From NCBI RefSeq assembly GCF_037042905.1, contig NC_087262.1, positions 6,076,001 through 6,140,000 on the forward strand: a DNA stretch of 64,000 nucleotides, written 5' to 3'. Below are positions 12,730 through 25,983 of this stretch, piece by piece. Source of the DNA: Lytechinus pictus (lineage: Eukaryota). Under the pieces are notes generated by a model. That model ran no database searches, was not told the DNA's origin, and was given only the letters and a program-made list of their open reading frames with translations. How positions within the stretch are numbered: position 1 is the first letter of the stretch; every line of letters starts with the position of its first letter. A program made the translations under genes and the position numbers.

Positions 12730-13986
12730 ATAGTGTATAATGCATGCTTCAATACAGTTCTAGGGGTGTGTTCATATTTTTAAAACAATAGGAGCATGAT
12801 ATATAACAATGCATGAACAGCTGATTTAAAAACTGAACCAAATCAGGGCATAACATGTAAATGAATGGTTCAAACCAATTCTAGTGGGTGTTCATATTTT
12901 AATTCAGAAATGTAAATTAGGATCACGATAGAAAAAAATGTATGAAAAGATAAATTGGCAGTCAAGCCAAGTCAAGGACATAATATTGAGGAATTGTTCA
13001 ACACAATTCGAGGGGTGTGTTCATGTATTCATTCAGAAACACAAATCAGGATAATTTTATTTTAAAATGTATGAACAGATGAACTGGTTACAACTGATTG
13101 ATCGACAGGACAGTAGGGTTGCATTCATACAATTTAATTTTGATCAGAAACAAACGAGAATCATAATATAAAATATAATTAAAGTTATTTTAATATATTC
13201 TCACTAAATGCTTACTGCTACTACTACTACTACTTCTACTAGTACTACAACAACTACTACATGTATATGTACTGTACCACTTCTACCACCACCAACACAC
13301 ATGTATCATCAATACCACTATAGAAGCCATTATATTCCGCACACTAACAATCTTGCTATAGGATTGGTCAGAAGTCGGTCACGTGATAAAGGGTAGTTTC
13401 CCCATCAATCATCACTCGCAGTGATGGACCTTTTTTGTTTCGCAAATCTTTTTCAGCCCATATGGTCATACCTCCTTTTAGTTTGAGTACGCCCAAAATG
13501 AAGAGGTCATTGCCACTTGATTTTTTGGTCCATCTTTCTCCATCACCTGCAGTGACGATTGCGCAAGATCTAGATGGGCACGTGCAGTGTAAATACGCGC
13601 TAGCTGTAAAACAAAATAAAAGTGCATTGCCCTTCGATTGTTTTGCTGTGACAATAAAATTCCTTTGTGAGGTCACAATAATTCTTGCTGGAGCAAGATC
13701 TCGGATGCTTGCGCACAGTTTGCATGCATGTATGCGCTAGCAATAAAACAAGCATAATCGTCTCTATGGATTTTTTTTTTTCAAAGGAAACCTTGATTTA
13801 AAAAAAAAATCAGAATTCTTCTTATGGAGATGTACTGCTCTTGGTTTCTTTGTTTATAGTGGTTCTCAATGCGGAATATAAAGCATATTATCACCTCTTG
13901 ATTTCAGGCGACGAGGCAAACTATCACTTCCTCGGCAAGTTGAATGGCTACACCCAGCTTGCCTCGTTTGCCCATCACCTTCACTA

Positions 13987-14460
13987 GGTGGTTTCAGACC
14001 GCCTCGAAGTTTGTCGGTTCCAGGTAATTTCTGATCGGGAAATTTACCCCGATCAGAAAATACCAGGTAAAATTGGCAATGTGAAAGCGAATTACGCGTA
14101 ACCTCCCCGAAAGAAAATACCCACTAAATAGTAGGTACTTGTCAAAATTACGAGAACTTTTGTGGGGATTTTTCCAAGGTCGCAGCTATTTTGGCAATGT
14201 GAAAGCAATTTACGGGAATTTTTAGCCCAGTGTGTAGTTGGGCACGGGCACCTCGGGTGGCTGCTGAGCTAGTGATTTTGAATCTCGCGCCTAGCTTGCT
14301 TATCATACCATAATGCGCATGCTCGTAACTTCAGGAACTTATCCCGAAGGGTATGATTCGGGGCGGTGTGAATGCAGGAACAATTAATGGGTATTTTTTC
14401 GCCTAAAATGTTCTCGTAATTTAACGGGGATTCATGTGATCGAGGCGGTTTGAAACCAGC
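13987..14460. mobile_element. MITE (TIR GGTGGTTTCAGACCGCCTCGA) 40 bp from a PSD donor site
   Basis: ta|ggtggtttcagaccgcctcga ... tcgaggcggtttgaaaccagc|ta. Confidence 0.75.
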
Positions 14461-14500
14461 TACTAACTGTGATTATTTGCTTACTATCTGTTTTTCTCAC

Positions 14501-14571
14501 CTTGTGTAGATAGATACAAAGACCTTTCACTGTCCCAAAATACATCTTCCATCCTCGTTTTCCTTTGGGAG
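14501..14571 (-). CDS. PSD: PSD/EFA6 exon, PH domain (TPKGKRGWKMYFGTVKGLCIYLHK)
   Basis: Acceptor taacatcag|CT, donor AAG|gtgaga, phase 1/0. TPxGKRGWK is the EFA6 PH signature. Confidence 0.93.
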
Positions 14572-15103
14572 CTGATGTTAAAGAAGAAGAGCAAAAACCA
14601 TGGCATTTATCATATTTCAAATGTCAACAGATGAGCGGGAAAACAAACAGGAAGAGGGATTCACATGGAAGGTTGAAATCTTTCCTTTTTTAAAGTCACC
14701 AATCGTACTGTCATTTTATGATAAAGCATTTTAATGTGGCTTCATTTGTGACCTACAAATGAGCAGTGGGAAATCATTTTTAGATAAGAACTATAAGAAC
14801 AACAGTATCAAAATAGATTACATCACATTAAATCTGGCCAAAAAAAATGATAGCACACCTACTTATACAGAAAATGTTCGGAATCATATTTTGGCATTTG
14901 ATGTACATGCAAACAATTAATAATGAAACAATGCTGGATTTTTTTCTTCAGTCACTCTTTGATGGTGAATTTTTTATTGAACAATTTTTTTCTGTCTCAA
15001 CAAGGGGAATGATATAATGGCTGAATCAAGCCATAACAAACGAACAGCCAAGTAAAAAGAAAGTCACACCATTCTAAGCATTAGCACGAAGAAAAAGACT
15101 CAC

Positions 15104-15386
15104 GGATGGGTGTTTTAAAAAGCTGTTCGTAAGTTAAGAGCGATTTTAAGACTGACTGATGAACCTTTCTTACACGGCATACATGCTATTAATGGATCCC
15201 TAATGAACATTTAATGGTGAATATCATTTACCACAAGAAAGGATCACCGACTGGTGAACCTTCCTTACGTACGCTAAAAGGATCACCATGAACATTTAGT
15301 GGTGAATATCATTTACCACAAGAAAGGATCACCAGTCGTTCTTAAAGTTACTCTCAACTTCCGCACAGCTTTATGAAACAGCCCCC
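15104..15386. mobile_element. MITE family E (GGGTGTTTCATAAAGCTG TIR) with internal duplication
   Basis: Same TIR and body as the array at 55361..56030; internal segment of about 95 bp duplicated. Confidence 0.7.
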
Positions 15387-15748
15387 AAAAGTGGTATATT
15401 TGGCACTGCGTGGAGATTTGATTTGGTAGTTGATTGAGAACAGACCTCTGTTTGAATGACTAAATGAGGCCTCATTCAGAATTATTTAATTTGGAAAGTA
15501 GTCAGTTCAGTTCTTATAATGTTCTGTTGTTTTTTATATTACTTTTTACATTTTTTTGCAGGGTTTCCAGAAACAACATCTACTTCTTAGCTAGAAAATT
15601 CACACCACATGATTGACTTTTTTCCTTATAAGTATCGATAATGTTCATATACAAAGAGCTCTTTCATCAAGCTAACTATAACAATGATTTTTTTTTTTTT
15701 TTGGAATCTGAAACCTTATTATGACGCATAATCTTAAAAAAAATCATC

Positions 15749-16328
15749 TTAAAGGAGAATGAAACCTTTAGAACAAGATAGCTTGTGTGAAAACAGAAAA
15801 ATCAAAGAAACATATCAACAAAAGTTTGAGAAAAATCGGACAAATAATGAGAATGTTATGAGCATTTGAATATTGCGATCACTAACGCTATGGAGATCCT
15901 CACATGGGCAATGCGACAAAGATGTGTGATGTCACTTGTGAACAACTCCCCCCATTACTTTAGTATATATTTCACTTAAATTGCATCTTTTATCACATCT
16001 ATCAGTAGATCATGTGTTCTTTCTATAGGAGAGCATGTAATACAGATTTTTAAAGAATACATTATGGATAGAGAGTTTGCATCACCATTTATAAGAAAGA
16101 GCAAAAAGAGACATTTTGGGGGTATTTTATAGTCCATCAAAGGGAAAGTTGTTCACATGTGACATCACACATCCTTGTCGCATTGCCAATAGGAGGATCT
16201 CCATAGCATTAGTGATTGCAATATTTAAATGCTCATAACTTTCTCATGGTTTGTCCGATTTTTCTCAAACTTTCGTTGATCTGTTTCGACACAAGCCTAC
16301 TTATTCAAAAGGTTTCATTCCCCTTTAA
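15749..16328. mobile_element. TTAA-flanked MITE (Kolobok-like) family B2
   Basis: ttaa|aggagaatgaaacc ... ggtttcattcccct|ttaa; long internal palindrome; relative at 46268. Confidence 0.8.
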
Positions 16329-16344
16329 ATTATTCAACAAGCTA

Positions 16345-17428
16345 GGGGCCTCCTAAATAAGAATTGTGATATTCACATTCAAATACACTCAAATTGTGAT
16401 TGGTCTCAATTTGTGTAGATAAGACATACATGTAGGAATATTACATGAATCCAAATTTGAGTTCGATTTTAATCTTTTGCAACTTTTAGTAAGACGGGGC
16501 CAATGAAACCTAAACTTGTGACTGATCTAAATATAGTTAAAGGGATGGTCCGGGCTGAAAATATTTATATCTCAATACATAGAGTAGAATTCACTGAGCA
16601 AAATGCTGAAAATTGCAACAAAATCGGATAACAAACAATAAAGTTATTGCAGTTTAAAGTTTAGCAATATTTTGTGAAAACAGTCGTCATGAATATTCAT
16701 TAGGTGGGCTGATGATGTCACATCCCCACTTTCCATTTTCTTATGTTATTACATAAAATCATAATTTTTCATTATTTCATACTTGTGTGAATAATGTGTT
16801 TCCCTTATAATGAAATAAGTTGCAGCAATAAATATCTAATGCACTAAATCAGTTGTCAATCCAATTTTTCTAGTTCTTCGAGGAAAAAATTTGAATAAAC
16901 CTAATTTCATATAATAAAATACAAAAGAACAAGTGGGGATGTGACATCATCAGCCCACCTAATGAATATTCATGACGACTGTTTTCACAAAATATTGCTA
17001 AACTTTAAAATTCAATAACTTTGTTATTTGTTATCCAATTTCGATGAAATTTTCGGCATTTTGCTCAGTGAATTCTACTCTATTTATTAAGCTATAAATA
17101 CTTTCAGCCCAGACCATCCCTTTAAGAGATAGGAATCAGATTGAACCCAATAATATATCACAACTCTTTGTAAGACAGGGCCTCAAACAAACTCAACTTG
17201 TAATTGATCTAAATTTGTGTTGATATCTATAAACGATAGGAATATTAGATTGATCCCAAATTGAGCTCGAGATTAATCTTATCTATCATCGCAACTCTTC
17301 GTAAGACAGGGCCCAATCAAACTGAACATCTGATCTGAATTTGTGTAGTAAGATATAGGAATATCCGATTAATCGAGAATTTAGAATTCGAGAACAATCT
17401 TATCCAATCTCTCTGTAAGACGGGGCCC
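16345..17428. repeat. Degenerate ~120-150-bp tandem repeat resembling the family C MITE right end, interrupted by a TTAA MITE
   Basis: Units end in taagac(g/a)gggcc at about 16500, 17182, 17313 and 17427. Confidence 0.6.
16537..17125. mobile_element. TTAA-flanked MITE (Kolobok-like) family B3
   Basis: ttaa|agggatggtccgggctgaa ... ttcagcccagaccatccct|ttaa; about 200-bp inverted arms; relative at 60916. Confidence 0.85.
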
Positions 17429-17430
17429 AA

Positions 17431-17598
17431 GGGACCGTTCCATGAAAGTCGTCAGCACTGACAAGTTTTATTCCTCTGACAGTTACCATAGTAACAGTAA
17501 GAGACCCGAGCTTTCAGCCAATCAAAACTAAAGATTTCACTGGAATTGTCGGCGCTGACAATTTAGTCAATGCTTACAACTTTCATGAAACACCTCCC
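17431..17598. mobile_element. Short MITE family F (GGG..GTTTCATGAAA TIR; internal GTTACCATAGTAAC + CCAAT)
   Basis: TIRs; related copies at about 4280..4420, 22583..22717 and 61351..61506. Confidence 0.65.
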
Positions 17599-17658
17599 CC
17601 ACCCCCACCCCTGGGTATGCCTGCAACATGTTCTAAAAATGATGATTAAAGTACTCAC

Positions 17659-17740
17659 TCTTTCTGCCCTCAGCATCTGTCACTAATTTCCTCATGACAT
17701 ATGTTTGGATGTACACTGGAGCATTGGGATCGTCATCGAT
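17659..17740 (-). CDS. PSD: PSD/EFA6 exon, start of PH domain (IDDDPNAPVYIQTYVMRKLVTDAEGRK)
   Basis: Acceptor attatttcag|ATC, donor AAGA|gtgagt. 82 nt, phase 0/1. Found by manual translation (below ORF-track size). Confidence 0.9.
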
Positions 17741-19188
17741 CTGAAATAATATTCAAGAATTAATCATAGAAAATGTCAGTTTCGGTAACGATCTCAAAGT
17801 GATTTCAAACAGAGTCCAGTATAAATGACCACTAAAAGGTTTGTATACATGTATGACCAGAAATATGTGGCAAATAATTCTAGTTTAAAAAATGGTGTCT
17901 GTGCTGAAGAAATTAGCAAAATAAGCAAGACATTCCAGCCATGTGTCAGATATTTTTTTCAAGCAATAATAGTACACTGCCCCATATGAGCAAACATATA
18001 CATACATTTGAGTTGGCAATCATCAGTGTAATCTATTCTTAACATAAATTTTAAGACTTCATTCTTGAATTCGAAAAAAAATATAGAAGTAGACAAACGA
18101 AGATGAAAAATTGTAAATATGTTCTTTTCACCAAACAAACACTTTGTGCAAGCAGTAAAAATTGGATAGAAAAAAGTGTTTTATTTGTATTAAGAATCTG
18201 CCATTTAATAGCAAAAGTACTTGTCATACATTGGCACATATATCTTGTGATGTCAAAATATCAAAATACAGGAACTTCTGCAAGTTTCTGTTTCAATTTC
18301 TGTATTTTGCCTTTAAATTTGGCAGACATGCAGCACATACATTTCATATTGGACACATCCAAGCCCTTCCAATTGACATTTAAATGATTGCTCCTCTATT
18401 GCAAGCTTTCTAAAAGCATTAAGATCTGCCCATGAGCAATATACATGAATTCTCTGTCTTCAAATCAGCATAAAACACAGAAGGCATTCACAACCTGAGC
18501 ATATACATGTAATATGAATGTGATGACATTTAAAGGAAGTTCATAGATCTATTATTTGGCTTTTTTTTTTAAAGTACATGAACATGAAATTGATTTAAAT
18601 TCTCAAGTACGCCAACATCATGTACAGAAAAAATTTGGGGTGGGTCCAAGAGGCCGATTATTTTCCCCCAAGGCCGAGGCTCTGCAAGACCAAGGTCCAC
18701 AAGGCCGAGGGTCCATGAGACCGTGATTCCATGAGGCCAGTTATTTTCCCACGAGGCTGAGGGTGCACAAATATAGCGTTTTTCCTTTCATAAAGATGTT
18801 TGTCTAGGTCAATGGAAAAGTTTAGCATATTCTCCAATGAAAACTGAAACATAATGTTATAAGTTGCGGATGATAACAGACATTAATTTGGTGAAGCTTT
18901 GGTAAATCGGGACATGATTTATACTTGAGTATCATATCACTTACCCATCATTCAAAACTGTGGCTGTTGAATCCCTATTCAGCCGTTAATCATGTTCTTT
19001 GTGAAAATTTGAACCTTTAGTTTTAAACATTTTCTAAATTCTTTATTTCTTTTTTTATTTCTTGTTTGTTTTTTCTTTATAAAAAAGGCTTTTTTATCAA
19101 TTCAGATTCCATTGACTAGAAATGAAAAGAAAGCTACAGACAAAGATCAAATTCGGAAATCTTCTTTGGCCCATGACATGAGAATCTT

Positions 19189-19461
19189 CAGTGTTCCCAC
19201 AGAAATTTTAAAAACAGAATTCCATGACTTTCCATGACTAAATTGCTGCTTTCCATGACTTCCCGTGACATCCCGGGAGTTGGGATGTCACAAAACTGGG
19301 AAAAATGGAAATCATGAACACCAATTATAATAGCAGAGTATGATCACAGAGTATGAGAGTTGCGAGACACGACAAGCTGCCATAGCCAAGAGGTAAATGC
19401 AATTCCATGACTTTCAATGACCACAATTTTTCCTGGATTTTCCATGACTGTGGGAATCCTG
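19189..19461. mobile_element. MITE with CAG..TTCCCACAG TIR, internal TTCCATGAC repeats, 5-bp TSD ATCTT
   Basis: atctt|cagtgttcccacag ... ctgtgggaatcctg|atctt. Confidence 0.75.
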
Positions 19462-21527
19462 ATCTTGTATAAGACAGTCTACAAAGAAGAATAGGCTACT
19501 TCACAGTCTTACATCAATGTATAGAAAAAATCCTGATTAAAGGAAATAGGATTTGAGAAAAATCGGCTTCATGGACCCTCGACCTAGTGGACCCTTGGCA
19601 CTGTGAACCCTCAGCATCGTGGGAAGACCCCCAAAATTCTTCTCAATTTTCAGTATACCCACACTCCTATTCATAGCTACATGTATACATGTGGCCTTCT
19701 TCGTTTATCAATTCTTTGTATACCAGTTGGAATTACTATTGTATAATACAATTAGTTGCTGCTATGGTAGTGAAATCTTATTGACACATGTAGAAATAGA
19801 AATGCCAAAACGAAATAATTATTACTAACAGCACTTAAGTCCTCTTGTGAAAGTCCTATACACAAGTCACGTACTAGCGATAAAGTTCAGTCAATTGGCC
19901 GTCACACGTCAAGTGTGACTGATTAATATTCTTTTTAGCTGATACTTCGATAGACAAATTGTTTTCTTTCTCCACATACATGTAGGCTATAAACCAAATA
20001 GGCTTTTGGTCGGTCATCCAGAAGATTAATACCAAGAGTATAAATGACTGCAAGTCTCAGACTGATTATATGACCAAAGTGGAGATATCGCATGCCACTT
20101 TCCTTCCCCCACACCTTTTAAAATGCATCAAATTCACCCCAATCCAACCCATTCAATTCCATTCCAGGGCGGCTCTCAATGGCCTTCCCCTTCGTCTCAG
20201 ACAGACATGGGCTGCGTTCAAGCTACAAAGATTCGCCCCAGAATAATGTTCGTCAAAAAACGTTACAACTTTGCCACTCTCCACCTCGGTGTTGAATGGG
20301 TACCCGGTCGGATATGAAAGCTTTAATATAAAGTAGGCCTATGCCTGGCAATTGAGTTTGGAAACTCTTGTTGGAATGCTCCCCAGGGAGTTGGGAAAGT
20401 GACTACATTGTGTAAAGGCCAATGACCAGGGTTTATAATGTATATCTGTCAAGTGCGTAGAATCGTTGTTCCATGTAAAAAAGCAGTATGAAAAAGGAAT
20501 ATCATCATTAATGGAATGCGTTCTTATGTTGTTTATAGGGTCGTGGTCATGAAAAGATTGCATTTAAAGTTTAAAAATGCAAACATAACAGTGAAGAATG
20601 GTGGCACACAGATGGGGGGCTTGCCCCCCCCCCCCTCCCTTCCCTAAAAAAAAATGATGACCAAGAATAAAAAAGAGAAAATAAAAAAGGAAAGAGAGAA
20701 GGGTGAAATATGATATTATTTTCTGCACATCATGTCAAAATCTATAACAAAATTGAAATTTTGTAATAAAAATGCAAATTTTTTTGCTAGCTCGCTTCGC
20801 TCACTCACAGAATTTGATAAATTTCACCCAGAACGCCATATCTGGCCCCCTCCAAATTGTTGGCACATTACGCCACTGGTGAAGAAGGATTGTTTTGAAT
20901 TTCAATATTCGCCAAGCTGTGGCTAAAAATTAAATTGTAAAAATAGTTCAATTGTTAGAAGATTTCAATGATAATCTTTTAGGACATCATAATATGGATG
21001 CAATTCAATCTGGCCAATCCACTACTTGCTTGCTTTGCATATTTGTGTACACTGAAGTCATATAATCAAACATAGTCAAAATGAGCAGTACACTGCAGTA
21101 AAACAGTGGTAAAGAAGGGGAAAAATTCAAGGTTAACAAAATTACTTTGAATACATTATAGAAGAAAATTTATTAAAATTTGATTCCTACAGAGCGCTGA
21201 TGGATTCAGAATCACACAATACAACAGCTATTAAAAGGAGGGAGAACTTCAATGTTGGCAATCGACAAAACAAATTGCCTGAACGTTTTCCAGCAGTAAC
21301 TGTAATTTGATCTGTCTCCTTCGTGGTTCTTGGCTTTTCCTTATAACAAACTTGCTTGAACGCACCTTCAGATGAATGCATTCCCTCCATCCGACCCATT
21401 TCAATTCTTCCGTCTCGGTTCTCAATCTTCAAATTATATTTGCCCACTCAGCGGCGACCATCAGGTAAAGCAATGTGATTCCCCATAAGACATAGAACAA
21501 GAAAAAAAAAAACATGCGCATCAAACC

Positions 21528-21541
21528 GTTGCCATGACAAC
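21528..21541. promoter_or_regulatory. RFX X-box-like palindrome GTTGCCATGACAAC
   Basis: One mismatch from GTTGCCATGGCAAC, in apparently non-repetitive intronic sequence next to catgcgca. Confidence 0.35.
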
Positions 21542-21879
21542 CGCTGCACCCCTAAAAGATATTAGGATCTGGTCTCTGTATTTGCTTCATGGCATTTGAC
21601 TGGAAAACAAGATTGGAATCTAGATCTTTAATGGGTATAGCGAGGATCGCATTAATACTGAATCAATGGCTGCTTGCGTGACTGCATTGCCTACACAAAT
21701 ATTATTTCCATATCTGTGCATCTTAAAATGGATACCTTCCTCAAGATGTAAAGAATTACAATTCAATGAAGCGTGCTTGATCTCATTCTAGCACGAGACA
21801 TAAGGATTCATACCTCTAGCACAAATTGTGTTTCAGAACGTTTTAAGAGCTATGATAACGCACCAGACTCCCCGACATA

Positions 21880-22880
21880 GAGTGACTTTCATTTTCAATA
21901 GATCTGAATTTACCGTATGCTTCGAAAAGTTCATTCTGCCGCGCTAAAAATCAAGAATAAGCACATCCTATCTCACAGGTCAGGAGAGATCATATGAGAT
22001 CTGTATACTCTGGTATTTTTCATTTTCATTAGATCTGATTTTACCATGTATATTTCAAAAATGCTCATTGTGCCATCAAACTGAAGCCCAAACAGAGCCT
22101 ATCTCGTACACTGTAGGTCAGGAAATACCATATGAGACGATCGACATTTATCAAACTGAGCATAAACGATACTCTGATTAACTACATTTTCATTAGATCT
22201 AAATAGACTCTATGGCCCGTATTCTGAAGTCGGGTTTAATTTAAACTCTGGTCTAAAGTTGTGGTTTAACTATGGATAGCCAATTGTGCCATAAATCTCT
22301 AACAGTAGAGGTTCATAGTATCAGCTCACCTGACTATCAAATCATTTTTAAACTGTCCGGGAAGGATAAATACGAAAATTGTCTTCTCCATTAAAGAATC
22401 AGGAAAGAGCAAAGTAAACATAAGAAACATACCATGCAAACAAATTTTGACATGTTTGACTTCCCAGTTTTAGCACAGGGTTGGACCACGGTCTATGGGC
22501 CTATGTACTGTATATTTCAAAACGTTCATTCTGCCATAAAAATGGAAGCATGCATACAACCTACACTGCACCTCCTAGGTAAGGGGAGCATTTCATCAAC
22601 ATTTTTGTCCGACAAGTTCTCAGACCTGACAACTTTTCTATATTGTGATTCGCTGAGAAACACTGTTACTATGGTAACTGTCCGTTAAAACGTCCTTTCA
22701 TGAAACGCTCGATCCCCAGGAGTGATCATATATGAGGTTTTTTTTATTGAGCATAAACAATACTCTTTAAATTTTCATTCAGATCTGAATAAATTTACCA
22801 TGAACGTTTTCAAAACGTTCATTCTGCCTTAAATATGAAGCATAAACTTTCTCTGTCTCGGCCAGGAGAGATCATATGGG
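21880..22880. repeat. Degenerate tandem repeat (ttttcattagatctga...cattctgcc...ggtcaggagagatcatatg) interrupted by two MITEs
   Basis: Motif recurs at about 21890, 22020, 22185 and 22770. Confidence 0.55.
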
Positions 22881-23237
22881 CCTAGATCATTGGGGGTGCA
22901 CTTCATTCAATTAAGCTCCACAAATATTTAGAGGACTTTGTTTATATAGACATGTCAGACTCTTTAATGTTTAGATCAATCAGGCGAGCCAAGCCAGGAA
23001 GCCAGGAATCTTGATTGAGTCTCTCATCAATTCTAATTTACTCTGACTCCGATTGTGAATGAAGGATTCAGTAATAGACTCTATTAAACAATGTGTGGGA
23101 GATGGGACTTCCTTGTTTCTCCATGCGGTTTAAAGCTGATATACATGTACATGTATTATAGGCCCAGGGAATAATTTTCCTGGTATCACATCGCAATTTG
23201 CTCCACATTTTTTGTATAGCATGTTTTTACATAGGAC

Positions 23238-23532
23238 TAATAATAATAATAACAGTATATTTACCCAGGGTAGCCACTTCAGTTCCGAAAACTGTTCTCC
23301 CAGCGGGCCCTGCTATTATTATTACCCCGGCTATAAAGCTAGGCTACCTATTCGGGTGCACACAGCTATTGGAGGAATTACTTCCTGCCGGTACCTATTT
23401 ACCTCACCTGGGTCGAGTGCAGCACACTGTGGATGAATTGCTTGCTGAAGGAAACTACGCCATGGCTGGGATTCGAACTCACGACCCTGTTTCAAAGTCC
23501 AGAGACTAATCCACTGAGCCACGACGCTCCAC
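23238..23532 (-). mobile_element. tRNA-derived SINE (family 1, type-I tail)
   Basis: Reverse complement of the 4701..5000 copy, with a (TTA)n tail. Confidence 0.85.
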
Positions 23533-25983
23533 TGTACTGTACATAGAACTTTGAGAGCTTTTCTCTTATGACCAAAAATGCTACTAGTATTCAAATTTGT
23601 AAAACAAATTATTCCCTGTATAGGCCTATACACTATCAATTTTTGTTGAACCAACCTATACATGTACGTACAGGATTGGTTATAAAATGTATATAAAATG
23701 CACCTACTGCTGATAAAAGGTCAGGTCTGTCGGTTTACAGACAGAATGCTTTTGCACTTCAAGTGTCAGTAAGGCAAAACCCATATTTTTTTTAAAATTG
23801 GAACTCAAATTACATCATTGAATGATTTTAGCTTATGAAAGTGACACAATCTACGTACATAATAACAGTTGTTTTGAATTTAGTTAGTGTTTTTTCCCCT
23901 TTAATTTGATGTGAAGGCCTTTGCACACATACTATAAAAATCAGAGGCATAATGAGCAAAATTTTTGAGGGGCTATATATGGCTTAAGTTGCGAGCGAGG
24001 GGGCAAAAATTGACAATTTTATTTTAAAAAATCGAATTTTGTGATAGATTTTGACAAAATATTCAGAAAATTATATCATACATGTATTTCACCCTTCTCT
24101 CTGGTTTCTTTCCTTTTCTCTTTTTTTTCTTGGTCATGAATTTTTTTTTGGGGGGAGAGCCCCCCCCCCCCCCCATCTGTATGCCACTGATAAATGTAAA
24201 TTTAAAAAAAGATTAATCTGAATTCATTCCAAACAGATACTTTTCTCTCAATATCATAATAGAACTTTAGTATGCAATATCTGCCCTGGAATTTCTCCAT
24301 AGATTTGAAAGGAACACTATGTAAATGTCAATCATATCAATATCAAATAGCAGCAAATAATTTCCATTTTGTATGATTTTATCATTTCGCTATTGCGAGA
24401 ACTGACTGGCTACATTTCATAAATTGATATTTTGATCAAAATACCAGCAAGTTTTCACCGAATATGCATGAAATGTAAACTGATAATTATCAGCATATTT
24501 TGTAAGCTATTCAAATGGTAGTAAAAATCAAAAACATAGAATCATGATTCAAATGTTTTGATGTTCAAACATCCGTTCCCCTTGAATATTCCATTTAAAA
24601 TCACATTTTATTACATACCAGTTTAGTTTACACAATAGGCAGTGATTACATCAGCACAAGAAGCTATTCGAATGATAAAGATAATACACTATAGAGCAAT
24701 CACGTACATTGCATAACAATTATGATTATCAATTATTTTTCAACCACTTCCCATCTAAAAGCAATGAACAGGATGAACAGGGTGTATAAATAGTCACTGT
24801 CATTGACTATTGTTATAAGCTAGTGAAATCCTTGCATCTGATTGGCTCAGAGCATATTAGTCTGTGAAAATGACTGACTTTTTGCCTCATGAAACACTCC
24901 ACAGCATGAGGTAATTAAAATAGAGATCCTAAAATCACAAAGCATCATTTATCATTATCATCTACATGGATAGAGTCTTTTAGCGATACATTAAAAAGGT
25001 GTATTTTAGTCTGCATCAACTGCCCGTGCAGTATCAGAGCGTATCCTTAATACATAAAACTGAAATCCGACGAATATCCCATAGGCTCCTGAAAAAAATT
25101 TACCAATGAGTAGAGACCATATTCAACAGTGAAGTGCGCATGGGCGAATGCGTGAAGTAGTAATTCATCACTTTATTAACATTCAAATCGTTCAAACAAA
25201 GGAATAAAATATATACAAACATAGAAGAAAGGAACGCCCAGGACATATCTGAGTAACAGAACAAGCAGGGCATACATAAATAACATAGATTACATTAACA
25301 TAATAGCGTATACAATACATTACTATAATTACCCCGAATCAAAGTATTAAAACAAGCATGAAATTATTATAAAGAAGTACAGTATGTAGAAGAAAAACGA
25401 GAACTAAAGCAGTTAAGAAAAGAGAGGTAGAAATAAAAGAAGGGAGAGATGGTACATACAAAGGTGAAATAAAAAAAATAGAAGAGAAGGAATGAAAAAG
25501 GGGGAGAGTAAAAGAGAGAGGAGAGAGAGTGAGAGGGTGAGGGCTGGTGGGAGAGAGAGGGGGTGTGAGAGAGAAAGAAAAACAACATGTGACTTCCAGG
25601 GCATTACATAAATTCAAATGATTGCACATAATATACCCCGACACAGGCAAATGACCAGATTACGTTTCTGTCTTCATTGGATACATATAAATGGATATTT
25701 GTTTCCCTCCACACATCATACACTCTCAGAAAGAAGAAAGAAAAAGCATTGGGCTGGTCAACACATGAATCCACCAACCGCTGGGCAAAGGAAATTGCAC
25801 ACGAAACGAATGCATTTTATCAATCAACAGTCGGAAGGCCCTTACGCCCACCAACGGCAATACATTGAACAAAATATCCCCGAGAGTGTATGCTATGGGG
25901 GGGGGTCACATTTTGGAAATCCTCACAATAAGTCGTAGTAATTTTTTTTTGTTAAAATTATTTTTTTGTCTTACGGTATTTGG

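Noticed and set aside
21193-21465. Possible + strand nested coding exon (cctacag| ... cag|gtaaag)
   Set aside because: The frames I translated hit stops and no partner exons were found.
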